Shown: positions 1 to 8,003, numbered from the stretch's first letter. The stretch: 64,000 nt of DNA from Candidatus Eiseniibacteriota bacterium (GCA_043779525.1 JAYWED010000033.1:971-64970), one strand, 5' to 3'. Notes: a model not told the origin generated them from the sequence alone. Numbers and translations are program-made.

Positions 1-936
1 CTGGAGCGCGCCGAGTCCGAATCGGAGATGCGGGTGCTCCTCGAGCGGGTCCGGAACGAATACGAGGCCGATCTCAGGACGTGGACGCCGCAGGCGCTCG
101 CGGCGCACGATGTGGGCGGGCCGCTCGCCGAGATCGAGGACGCGGAGCTCGAGGGCGAGGAAGCACAGGTGCCGGACGAGGCCATCGTTTCACGCGGGGA
201 GCCGGGATCGGCGGGGGACATGGCGCCGGTCTCGCGCGAGGAACGGCGCGAGCGTCTGCGCCTTCTGCAAGACAAGCTCCGATCGCTCGGTCCCGTGAAT
301 CTCCTCGCGATGCAGGATTACGAGGAGCGGCGGCAGCGGCTCGGATTCCTCGCCGGACAGCGCAAGGACCTCGACGAGGCGCGCCTTTCGTTGCTCGAGG
401 CGATCGAGAAGATAAACATCACCGCCTCGGAACTCTTCCAGAAGACCTTTCTACAAGTTAACGAGAACTTCCAGAGGGTCTTCAAGACCCTGTTCGAGGG
501 CGGAGAGGCGGCTCTGACGCTGAGCGGCGAAGATCCGCTCGAGGCCGAGATCGACATTCTCGCCCGTCCGAGGGGGAAGAAGCCGACGTCGCTCTCGCTC
601 CTCTCGGGAGGCGAGAAAGCTCTGACGGCGATTGCCCTTCTCTTCGCGATCTATCTGGTCAAACCGAGCCCCTTCTGCATCCTGGACGAAGTGGACGCGC
701 CCCTGGACGACGCGAACATCGACCGGTTCGTTCTATTGCTCCGGGAGTTCAGCCTCAACACCCAGTTCATCGTCGTGACGCACAACAAGAAGACGATGGA
801 GGTGGCGGACTGTCTCTACGGAGTCACCATGGAAGAGCCCGGCGTTTCCAAGCTGGTCTCCGTCCGCTGGAACGCCGAGCAGCCTCAGGAAGTGGAGCCC
901 GAGACGTCGCAGGAGCTGGCGCAGGCCGAGACGTAG
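1..936 (+). CDS. smc: Chromosome segregation ATPase SMC, C-terminal part (5' end outside window)
   Basis: LGPVNLLA, signature LSGGEKALTA, Walker B PFCILDEVDAPLD and QFIVVTH; frame is open from base 1. Confidence 0.97.
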   Translation: MERAESESEMRVLLERVRNEYEADLRTWTPQALAAHDVGGPLAEIEDAELEGEEAQVPDEAIVSRGEPGSAGDMAPVSREERRERLRLLQDKLRSLGPVNLLAMQDYEERRQRLGFLAGQRKDLDEARLSLLEAIEKINITASELFQKTFLQVNENFQRVFKTLFEGGEAALTLSGEDPLEAEIDILARPRGKKPTSLSLLSGGEKALTAIALLFAIYLVKPSPFCILDEVDAPLDDANIDRFVLLLREFSLNTQFIVVTHNKKTMEVADCLYGVTMEEPGVSKLVSVRWNAEQPQEVEPETSQELAQAET

Positions 937-945
937 GCCGGTTCC

Positions 946-1929
946 GTGGCGTTCTTCGACAAGATCACGCTCGGGCTCAAGAAGACCCGCGACACGCTCT
1001 TCGGGCAAGTGGCCTCGGTGTTCCAGCAGGGCCGCGAGCTGGACGAGGAGGACTACGAGACTCTCGAGGCCGCGCTTCTCCGCGCGGACGTCGGCCCATC
1101 CACTACCGAGAAGATCCTCGCGGGCGTGCGGCGCCGTCTGATGGACGGCTCTTTCTCTGGCGATGCCCAGGGGGCGTTGCGCGTCGAGATCGAGAGCGTG
1201 CTTACGGCCGGGGGGAGCGATGTTTCTCCCGAGGGCTCTGATCTTTCGCTTTCGAGCCCGAGGGGGAAGATATCGCTCCCCCCAACCGGGGGATCTTCCC
1301 GATCTTCGAGCGACACTCCCTATGTCATTCTCGTCGTCGGCGTGAACGGATCGGGGAAGACCACCACCATCGCGAAGCTCGCGGACCGCTACAAACGCGC
1401 GGGCGACTCGGTCCTGCTCGTGGCCTGCGATACATTTCGAGCCGCGGCTGCGGATCAGCTCGAGGTCTGGGCGGGGCGCGCGGGGGTCGAGATCGTGAAG
1501 CAGAAGCCCGGATCGGACCCCGCCGCCGTCGCCTTCGACGGGATGGCCCGCGCGAAGAGCCGCGGAGTCAGACGCGTGCTCGTGGACACCGCGGGGAGGC
1601 TCCACGTGCAGGTGAATCTGATGGAAGAGGTGAAGAAGATCCGGCGTGTCATCGAGCAGCAGATTCCCGGAGCGCCGCAGGAGGTCCTCCTCATTCTGGA
1701 CGCGACCACGGGGCAGAACGGGCTGAGCCAGGCGCGCGAGTTCGGCCAGGCGGTGGGCGTCACCGGGCTCGCGCTCACGAAGCTCGACGGGAGCGCCAAG
1801 GGCGGCGTGGCGCTGGCCATCGCCGACACGCTTCGTCTGCCGATCCGATGGGTGGGCGTCGGGGAAGGGATGGAGGACTTGATCCCCTTCGAGGCGCCCG
1901 GCTTTGCTGCGGCGCTGGTCCTCTCCTAG
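946..1929 (+). CDS. ftsY: Signal recognition particle receptor FtsY (NG domains only)
   Basis: GVNGSGKTTT, DTFRAAA, DTAGR, DATTGQN, TKLDGSAKGG, GVGE motifs; GTG start. Confidence 0.97.
   Translation: MAFFDKITLGLKKTRDTLFGQVASVFQQGRELDEEDYETLEAALLRADVGPSTTEKILAGVRRRLMDGSFSGDAQGALRVEIESVLTAGGSDVSPEGSDLSLSSPRGKISLPPTGGSSRSSSDTPYVILVVGVNGSGKTTTIAKLADRYKRAGDSVLLVACDTFRAAAADQLEVWAGRAGVEIVKQKPGSDPAAVAFDGMARAKSRGVRRVLVDTAGRLHVQVNLMEEVKKIRRVIEQQIPGAPQEVLLILDATTGQNGLSQAREFGQAVGVTGLALTKLDGSAKGGVALAIADTLRLPIRWVGVGEGMEDLIPFEAPGFAAALVLS
1208..1292. repeat. 78-bp palindromic in-frame insertion in ftsY, flanked by CCGGGGG direct repeats
   Basis: GGGGGGAGCGAT (1210-1221) is the reverse complement of ATCGCTCCCCCC (1272-1283); inner GGGCTC/GAGCCC stem; CCGGGGG at 1208 and 1286. 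Confidence 0.75.
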
Positions 1930-1967
1930 GAAGCTCGCGCGGACCGGCGAAGCCCTTCAGAACCGGA

Positions 1968-3428
1968 TTACCCGCCGTCTCCCAGGACCACCTGGTTTTT
2001 CCCCGACGATTTCGCGCCGCGGAGATTCATGTTTGCCCGCGTCCAGAGCTCGTGACTGATCTTCTCCCGTCCGGCCGCGTCCAGGCCGCGCGTGCGGTCC
2101 ACGCGCACCGAGACGTCGGCGGGGAACATCGCGCCCCCGAGGCTCATCGTCACGTGAACGGCGTTCTCGCGGCCCTCGAGCGTCGGGACCACGATGGCCA
2201 GGTTCTGGATCTTGAGGCGCAGCCGCTCGCAGATGTCGCGCGCGTCCGAGGGGGTCGTCTCCGCGCTCAGGATGAGCGCGAACTCCTCGCCGCCCCACCG
2301 GGCGACCGTGTCGAACGGGCGGACGCTGGACGCCAGGGTCTGGGAGATCTCGCGGAGGACCGCGTTTCCGGCCTCGTATCCATAGAGGTCGTTCAGCTGC
2401 TTGAAATTGTCGAGATCGCCGATGATGAGCGACATGGGACGCCCCTCGCGGTAAGCGCGCGCGATCTCGCGATCCAGCTGGCGGCCGAAGTAGGGACGGT
2501 TGTAGACGCCGGTCAGCTCGTCGATCATGACCAGCATTCCCAGCTTCTTCAGCGTCACGAGAAGGTCGGTCGCGTGCTCGGCGACCACGCTCAAGAGCCC
2601 CAGGCGCTCGTCGGTGAAAAAGCCGGGCGTCTTGCTCCACGCCTCGAGCACGTAGAGGAAGGGCGTGCCGGGCTCCCCGACCCGCGCCATGCCCAGGGAC
2701 CGGAAGCTCTCGGGCGCTCCCTTGGGCTCGTACGGCGCGACCGCCACGTGCATGGTGGCGTCCATGGACTCCGCGTCGATCATGACGCGCACATATCCCG
2801 GCTTGGACAGGTCCTCGACATAGACCGGCACGGCGCGCCGCCCGACCCAGTTCTCGGCGAGGGCGCGGTTCCACGGCTCGCCCTCGCTCATCGGCTGGGC
2901 ATAGCGCGTGTCGAGGCCGCGCCCCAGCGAGTAGAGGCGCGTGTCGTCGCACTCGAGGATCTGCATCGCGCTGCTCAGGATGGTGCGAAGGATTTCGGCA
3001 GGGTCGGTCTGAAGATACTCGGCGTTCCGCTCATCCCGCGCGAAGAGCTTCCGCTCCACCGCGATCAGGTGCGAGATCACGCGGTAGAGGAGCCGGCTCC
3101 GTACGTGCCAGTGGGGCCGCGAGGCCCGGACGAGCGTGTCTTCTTCGGCGCGTTTGCCGGCGGCGGCGGGTAACAGGAACGTTTCTCCGGATCCCGCCTC
3201 GCGGTAGCGGACGTACGCAATGCCGCCGCGCTGGAAGCGATCGACGCGCTCGAGAACACCGGCGTCGTGGAGTTTTTCAGCGATCTCGTAGGTGATCTCG
3301 TCCCTGCGCCCCTTGTCGAGGTCCGCGAGCTCGAGCTCGATGGGCTGATTGGGGGCCTCGGCGGTGGATTCCTGGAACAGGCGGACGGAGGAGAGAAATG
3401 CCGTACGGATGCGGTGGGCTTCGTTCAT
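1968..3428 (-). CDS. Sensor diguanylate cyclase (unknown N-terminal domain, GAF-like region, GGDEF)
   Basis: DELTGVYNR, DLDNFKQLND, I-site RPFD, ARWGGEEF, VTMSLG. Confidence 0.93.
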   Translation of the reverse strand: MNEAHRIRTAFLSSVRLFQESTAEAPNQPIELELADLDKGRRDEITYEIAEKLHDAGVLERVDRFQRGGIAYVRYREAGSGETFLLPAAAGKRAEEDTLVRASRPHWHVRSRLLYRVISHLIAVERKLFARDERNAEYLQTDPAEILRTILSSAMQILECDDTRLYSLGRGLDTRYAQPMSEGEPWNRALAENWVGRRAVPVYVEDLSKPGYVRVMIDAESMDATMHVAVAPYEPKGAPESFRSLGMARVGEPGTPFLYVLEAWSKTPGFFTDERLGLLSVVAEHATDLLVTLKKLGMLVMIDELTGVYNRPYFGRQLDREIARAYREGRPMSLIIGDLDNFKQLNDLYGYEAGNAVLREISQTLASSVRPFDTVARWGGEEFALILSAETTPSDARDICERLRLKIQNLAIVVPTLEGRENAVHVTMSLGGAMFPADVSVRVDRTRGLDAAGREKISHELWTRANMNLRGAKSSGKNQVVLGDGG

Positions 3429-3467
3429 TCCCTACGGTCTCGGGTGCGAGCGCATGTTGAACGGGAA

Positions 3468-3489
3468 ATAATCATCCATGATTATACCA
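3468..3489 (-). promoter_or_regulatory. Extended -10 promoter of the cyclase gene, overlapped by an 8-2-8 palindrome
   Basis: Minus-strand TGGTATAAT at 3489-3481; ATAATCAT-CC-ATGATTAT at 3468-3485. Confidence 0.7.
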
Positions 3490-3550
3490 TGCGGGTAGGC
3501 TCTTCCGCTCCCGGCCGAGCTTGTAAATTCGGGCTAAGGCGGTTTTACGC

Positions 3551-3579
3551 TTGCTTTTGGGAGGCGTTCATGCTACTTT
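3551..3579 (+). promoter_or_regulatory. Putative sigma70 promoter for the peptide/regulator unit
   Basis: TTGCTT (3551-3556), 17-nt spacer, TACTTT (3574-3579) preceded by TGc. Confidence 0.55.
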
Positions 3580-3834
3580 ACCCAGGTAGCCGGGTCGCCT
3601 GCCCAAAGGAAGGGTGCGCATGGCTCCAAACCACAATCAACGAGGGGTGGCGTCCGTTGAGCCATCCTTGGAATTCCCCCCGCCAGAGTCCCCAATCGTT
3701 CATTCCGTCCGAGAAGAGCGCGACATCGAACCGTCAGTCGCTCGGGAGCGTCCATCATGGATCGATCACGTGGCGCCGGGGCATCCCCTCCCCGGAAGAG
3801 ATACACGCATGCCGGAAACGCGGGGGTAGAGCCG

Positions 3835-4149
3835 ATGGTGACAAAGCGCGTTCGAGCCGTTCCGCTCGGCTTCATTCTCTGCTTGCTGGCGGTTCTCATT
3901 TCCGGGACCTCGATCGAGCCGCGGCAGGCGATCGCCAGAACGGTAACCACCGGCGGACCCGACGGCAATCCGTACACCGGCGACCCGACGGGCGACGATG
4001 TTCCCAGCCCGACTCCGAAGCCCACTGCCCTCAAGTCCGCGAAGGCTGTGGCTCCGACGACCGGAAGAAGCGCGATCCGGAGGAGCTACCGCTCGTTCAA
4101 TCGCTGGAGCATCTATCTCAGTATTCTGACCCGCCTCGGAATTCGTTGA
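3835..4149 (+). CDS. Small secreted protein / putative signalling-peptide precursor (104 aa)
   Basis: ATG 3835; basic n-region, hydrophobic LGFILCLLAVLI, A-I-A cleavage site; G/P/D-rich mature segment; C-terminal amphipathic WSIYLSILTRLGIR. Confidence 0.7.
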   Translation: MVTKRVRAVPLGFILCLLAVLISGTSIEPRQAIARTVTTGGPDGNPYTGDPTGDDVPSPTPKPTALKSAKAVAPTTGRSAIRRSYRSFNRWSIYLSILTRLGIR

Positions 4150-4174
4150 GGCGCGGAATAGAGAGGGACAACCC

Positions 4175-4201
4175 GGGAGCGAGGGATAGAGCCTCGCTCC
4201 C
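4175..4201 (+). other. Perfect 10-bp hairpin between the peptide gene and the regulator gene
   Basis: GGGAGCGAGG-gatagag-CCTCGCTCCC; no U-tract; ends 8 nt before ATG 4210. Confidence 0.7.
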
Positions 4202-4209
4202 CTGAGCCC

Positions 4210-6507
4210 ATGATCCACGATCACGCCAACGACTTCGACCCAACGACCCTCCAGCGCCGCCTCGAGGAGCTGATCGCCCACGCGCGCTTCGCCGCGGCGC
4301 TGGACCTCATCGCGGAATTCCAGGCGCGCGGCCCGCTGCCTTCCGAGATCGAGCACCCGGTCACACTGGCGCGTTGCCGCGCCTTGCTCGGTCTCGGCAG
4401 GTGGCGGGAGGTGGCCGATCTGGCCGAGAAGAAGCTCGAGGAGCTGTACGCCGCCCGTCCCGACGACAAGAAGCCGATCCTCGAATACCACATCGCGGCG
4501 GGAAGAGCGGTCTGGCGGATCGGACGTCCCTCGAGGGCGGAAGAGCACTTCCGTGCGGCGTACCACATCAGCAGGTGGGATTTCGAAGACCTCGAGGGGA
4601 TGCTGCGCAGCCGCAACCTCCTGGGCCTTTGTTTCCTGGGCGCCGGAGAGATCCAGCGCTCCGTCGGGGAATTCGGCCGCGGCCAGCTCCAGGCGAGGGG
4701 CGCCGGCCTCTTCCACGAGGAGGCCAATTTCTCCCTGAACCTGAGCATCGCCCTGGGCAAGCTCGGCCGGTTCGAGCAGGCGGAGCAGGAGCTGGCGCGG
4801 GCGCGCACGCTGTTCGGAGAGCGCGGACATTCCAGGGGCAAGGTGCAGACCCGGCTCTGCCTCGGGCAGCACCTCCGTATCCGCGGGGACCTGCGCGGCG
4901 CCGAGTCGCACATCCGCGGCGCGCTCTCGGAGGCCGAGGAGCACGGTTTCGAGCGTGAGCACGTGATCGCCCTGGAATACCTGGGCGACGTCGCGCTCGA
5001 TCAGTTCGACAATCAATCCGCCATCGAGCGCTACGACCAGGCGCTCCTTCTCGCCGAGCGGCTCGCGCCCGAGGGGGATCTGATCCCCGAGCTGTGCCGT
5101 CGCATCGCCGAGGTGCACGTGCGGATCGGGGAGCCCAATCGCGCGCTCGTCACCTGCGAGCGCGGGCTCAGAATCGCTCGCCGCATCAACGACCGCTTCG
5201 AGGAAGCGGCCACCTGCCGCGTCATGGCGATGGCTCACATGATCCTCGGCCATCGCGAGCGGGCGCTGCGTGCGGCGCGGGAAGGCGCCCAGCTTCTCCG
5301 GAAGCTCGAGACCCTCTACGAGCTGATCCGGATCCTGGTCTGGAGCGGAGAGACCCTTCTCTCGGGAAGGGATCCCGAGGAGCGCGCTCTGGGACGGGAT
5401 CACCTCTGGGAAGCGCGCAGCCTGGCGATGACCATGAACCTCGAACGCTGGGTGGAGCGCACCGAAAAAGGGCTCGGCGTGGAGCTCTTGCCCAAGGCGG
5501 CGGCCGCTTCCGTCCGCGGCGAAAAGCATGCAGAGATTCCCGAGGGGGCGGACCCGGAATGTTTCCGCTTCGGCATCGTCACGCAGGACCCTCGCATCGT
5601 GGACCTGATCCGCGTCCTCGCGCGCGCCGCCACGAGCCGCCTCCCGATTCTGATTCTCGGGGAGCGGGGAAGCGGGCGGGAACTGCTCGCGCGCGCGGCC
5701 TACGAGCTGGGGGACCGGCGCGACCGGCCCTTCATGGTCGGGCGGTGCGCCACGCTGCCGGACGGGCACCTCGATGCCGACCTCTTCGGGCACGACCGCG
5801 CGGGCGGGCCCGCCGCCGCGACGAAGCCCGGGCTCTTCGAGGGCGCGAACGGGGGCGTGATCTACCTCGACGAGGTGAGCGAGCTTCTCGTCGGAGCGCA
5901 GGCCAAGCTCCTCCGGGTGATCGAGATGGGCGAGCTGCGCCGCCTCGGTGCGGCGGGCGTGCGGCACGTGGACGTCCGCGTCGTGGCGGCTTCGACCAAG
6001 GACCTGGCCGGCCTCGTGCGCCGCGGGCTCTTCCGGGACGACCTCTACTACCGGCTGAACGGCATCCGGCTCGAGGTACCGCCGCTCCGGGACCGCCCGG
6101 GCGACATCGAGCTGATCGGAAGATATTTCCTCGAGCGGGCGTGCGCGAACGCAGGGAAACGGGTCTCTTTCACCGGGGACGCGTGGGCCCAATTCCGCGG
6201 CCATCCATGGCCCGGAAACGTTCAGGAGTTGAAGAGCACCATCGAGCGCTCCGTCTCCATGGCGAGCGACGGCGACCTGATCGGGGCCGAGCTGGTTCCG
6301 CTGCGCCCCGCGCGCCGCCCGGGCCGCCCTCTCTCGGCGTCCGTGGCCTCGCGCGGTGAGAACCCGGAGCGGGAGCAGATCGTGACCGCGCTTCGCGCCC
6401 ATCGCGGAAACCAGTCCGAGGCGGCGAGGAGCCTGGGCGGGATGAAGCGCACGACTCTTCTCTACAAGATGAAGAAGCTCGACATCCGCCCCGAGGAGTA
6501 CGGATAG
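4210..6507 (+). CDS. TPR-domain sigma54-interaction-family (AAA+/Fis-HTH) transcriptional regulator with degenerate GAFTGA
   Basis: ~420 aa of TPR-like helices; GERGSGRE, YLDEV, QAKLLRV, FRDDLYYRLN, PPLRDR, WPGNVQEL; HTH GNQSEAARSLG...RTTLLYKMKKL. Confidence 0.92.
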   Translation: MIHDHANDFDPTTLQRRLEELIAHARFAAALDLIAEFQARGPLPSEIEHPVTLARCRALLGLGRWREVADLAEKKLEELYAARPDDKKPILEYHIAAGRAVWRIGRPSRAEEHFRAAYHISRWDFEDLEGMLRSRNLLGLCFLGAGEIQRSVGEFGRGQLQARGAGLFHEEANFSLNLSIALGKLGRFEQAEQELARARTLFGERGHSRGKVQTRLCLGQHLRIRGDLRGAESHIRGALSEAEEHGFEREHVIALEYLGDVALDQFDNQSAIERYDQALLLAERLAPEGDLIPELCRRIAEVHVRIGEPNRALVTCERGLRIARRINDRFEEAATCRVMAMAHMILGHRERALRAAREGAQLLRKLETLYELIRILVWSGETLLSGRDPEERALGRDHLWEARSLAMTMNLERWVERTEKGLGVELLPKAAAASVRGEKHAEIPEGADPECFRFGIVTQDPRIVDLIRVLARAATSRLPILILGERGSGRELLARAAYELGDRRDRPFMVGRCATLPDGHLDADLFGHDRAGGPAAATKPGLFEGANGGVIYLDEVSELLVGAQAKLLRVIEMGELRRLGAAGVRHVDVRVVAASTKDLAGLVRRGLFRDDLYYRLNGIRLEVPPLRDRPGDIELIGRYFLERACANAGKRVSFTGDAWAQFRGHPWPGNVQELKSTIERSVSMASDGDLIGAELVPLRPARRPGRPLSASVASRGENPEREQIVTALRAHRGNQSEAARSLGGMKRTTLLYKMKKLDIRPEEYG

Positions 6508-6509
6508 CG

Positions 6510-6553
6510 GGGTCGCCGCGCCACTCCCCGCGGGTCGCCGCGCCGCTCCACGC
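6510..6553. repeat. 22-bp tandem repeat, two copies
   Basis: GGGTCGCCGCGCCACTCCCCGC (6510-6531) and GGGTCGCCGCGCCGCTCCACGC (6532-6553), 2 mismatches. Confidence 0.8.
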
Positions 6554-6575
6554 CGGCCCGGCATCGATGCCCCGC

Positions 6576-6605
6576 TTGACCCTTCCGACTTTGTCCCCCT
6601 ATACT
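6576..6605 (+). promoter_or_regulatory. sigma70 promoter of nuoI
   Basis: TTGACC-N18-TATACT. Confidence 0.65.
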
Positions 6606-6726
6606 CGCTCCGCGTGCGTCCGAGTTAAGAAGCGCTCCATCAACCCCTTGTCCTGGCCCACGCAGGGCCTCTCGCGCCCCGCGCGCATATCCTGATCAAA
6701 CCGAGCATTCCCGGATCGAGGAGCGG

Positions 6727-7182
6727 ATGATCACCGAGCTGATGAAGGGCCTTTCCATCACCCTGTCCCACTTCTTCAAGAAGCCGGTCACGCTCCAGTA
6801 TCCCGACGTGAAGATGGAGATGTACCCGCGATTTCGCGGCCTCCACGAGCTTCATCGCTACGAAAACGGACTCGAGCGCTGCGTCTGCTGCGGCCTCTGC
6901 GCCGCGGTGTGTCCCGCGGACGCGATCTACATGGAAGCGGCCGAGAACTCCGAGACCGAGCGCTACTCCGCGGGTGAGCGCTACGCGAAGCGCTACGACA
7001 TCGACATGCTGCGGTGCATCTTCTGCGGCTATTGCGAGGAGGCGTGCCCGGAGGACGCCATCTTCCTGGGGCACAATTTCGAGCTCTCCGACTACTCGCG
7101 CGACTCCTTCATCTACTCCAAGGAGCAGCTCCTGGTGCCGGTCGGCCAGACCCATACTCCCGGTATCGTGCGCGGGCGCTAG
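6727..7182 (+). CDS. nuoI: NADH-quinone oxidoreductase subunit I
   Basis: VTLQYP, PRFRGLH, CVCCGLCAAVCP, RCIFCGYCEEACP. Confidence 0.96.
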   Translation: MITELMKGLSITLSHFFKKPVTLQYPDVKMEMYPRFRGLHELHRYENGLERCVCCGLCAAVCPADAIYMEAAENSETERYSAGERYAKRYDIDMLRCIFCGYCEEACPEDAIFLGHNFELSDYSRDSFIYSKEQLLVPVGQTHTPGIVRGR

Positions 7183-7212
7183 CCGCCCGAAGCGCGCGAG
7201 AGCGAGGCGCCA

Positions 7213-7974
7213 TTGGCCGAGGGCTTGATCCTCGCACTGGGCTCCGGCCTCGTCGCGGGACTTGCGAACGTGGCGGGCGGGCTTCTCGCCCTGAGCAGGC
7301 GGAGCTGGGACCGCGTCCGCCAGAGTTACCTCGTGGCCGCCGGCGCGGGCTTCATGCTCGCGGCGGTGCTCCTTCGCATGACCCCCGAGAGCTACCGGAT
7401 CGCCGCCTTGTACCGGACGCCGGGGCTCGCGGTCGGGACGCTCCTCCTCATGGGCTACCTCTTCGTGCACGCCGCGGAACACGTGCTGGTCGGCCACTTC
7501 CACTTCGGCGAGGAAACACATCACGAGCACTGGGTGGAGCCCGTCGTGGGCACGACCGCGCTCCTGGGCCTTCTGCTCCACGCGTTCTTCGACGGGGTCT
7601 CGATCGGCTCCGGGTTCCTGGTGAAGCCGGCGCTGGGGGTTCTGGTCGCGATCGCGATCTTCCTGCACAAGGTGCCCGAAGGCTTCACGGTCGCCTCGAT
7701 CATGACGGCGGCCGGCCGCTCCCCGCGCGAAGCCGGGTGGAGCGCCGCCGCGCTCGGAATCGCGACGGTCCTGGGCGTCGCCGTCATATCGCGCTGGCCC
7801 GGCATGGTCCGCTTCGCGCTCCCGTTCTCGGCCGGAGCGGCTCTCTACGTGGCGGCGTCGGATCTCATCCCCGCCGTGAACGAGACCAAGGGGATCCGCA
7901 TGGCGCTGTGGGTTTTCGGCGGCGTGGTCTTCTTCTATGGGACCGAAGCCCTGCTGGGTTCCCTGGGGTTGTGA
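7213..7974 (+). CDS. ZIP family metal transporter
   Basis: AGFMLA, His-rich [36 protein letters not shown]. Confidence 0.92.
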   Translation: MAEGLILALGSGLVAGLANVAGGLLALSRRSWDRVRQSYLVAAGAGFMLAAVLLRMTPESYRIAALYRTPGLAVGTLLLMGYLFVHAAEHVLVGHFHFGEETHHEHWVEPVVGTTALLGLLLHAFFDGVSIGSGFLVKPALGVLVAIAIFLHKVPEGFTVASIMTAAGRSPREAGWSAAALGIATVLGVAVISRWPGMVRFALPFSAGAALYVAASDLIPAVNETKGIRMALWVFGGVVFFYGTEALLGSLGL

Positions 7975-8003
7975 TTGACGGTGCGCGGACCGGCTGGTAA
8001 ATT
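7975..8003 (+). promoter_or_regulatory. sigma70 promoter of nuoB-D-F-G
   Basis: TTGACG-N17-TAAATT with TG extension. Confidence 0.65.

Noticed and set aside
3540-3662. Possible sigma54 -24/-12 sites (cGGttttacgcttGCt at 3540; tGGcgtccgttgaGC at 3648)
   Set aside because: Each matches only one half of TGGCAC-N5-TTGC, and the adjacent regulator lacks GAFTGA; a sigma70 promoter fits better.
3586-3834. c-di-GMP riboswitch next to the cyclase
   Set aside because: Conserved c-di-GMP-I/II core motifs were not found by eye; an Infernal search would be decisive.
3267-4205. 312-aa plus-strand ORF, with GGGAGG before ATG 3570
   Set aside because: Overlaps the cyclase and the signal-peptide ORF and has no protein-like features; ATG 3570 lies inside the predicted promoter, upstream of the TSS.
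6510-6553. CRISPR-like repeat
   Set aside because: Only two adjacent copies, no spacers and no cas genes.
3766-6564. 932-aa antisense ORF, and similar long shadow ORFs (44176-47595, 14839-16647, 9641-11092)
   Set aside because: Antisense to well-supported genes; expected in high-GC DNA with few stop codons; no motifs.
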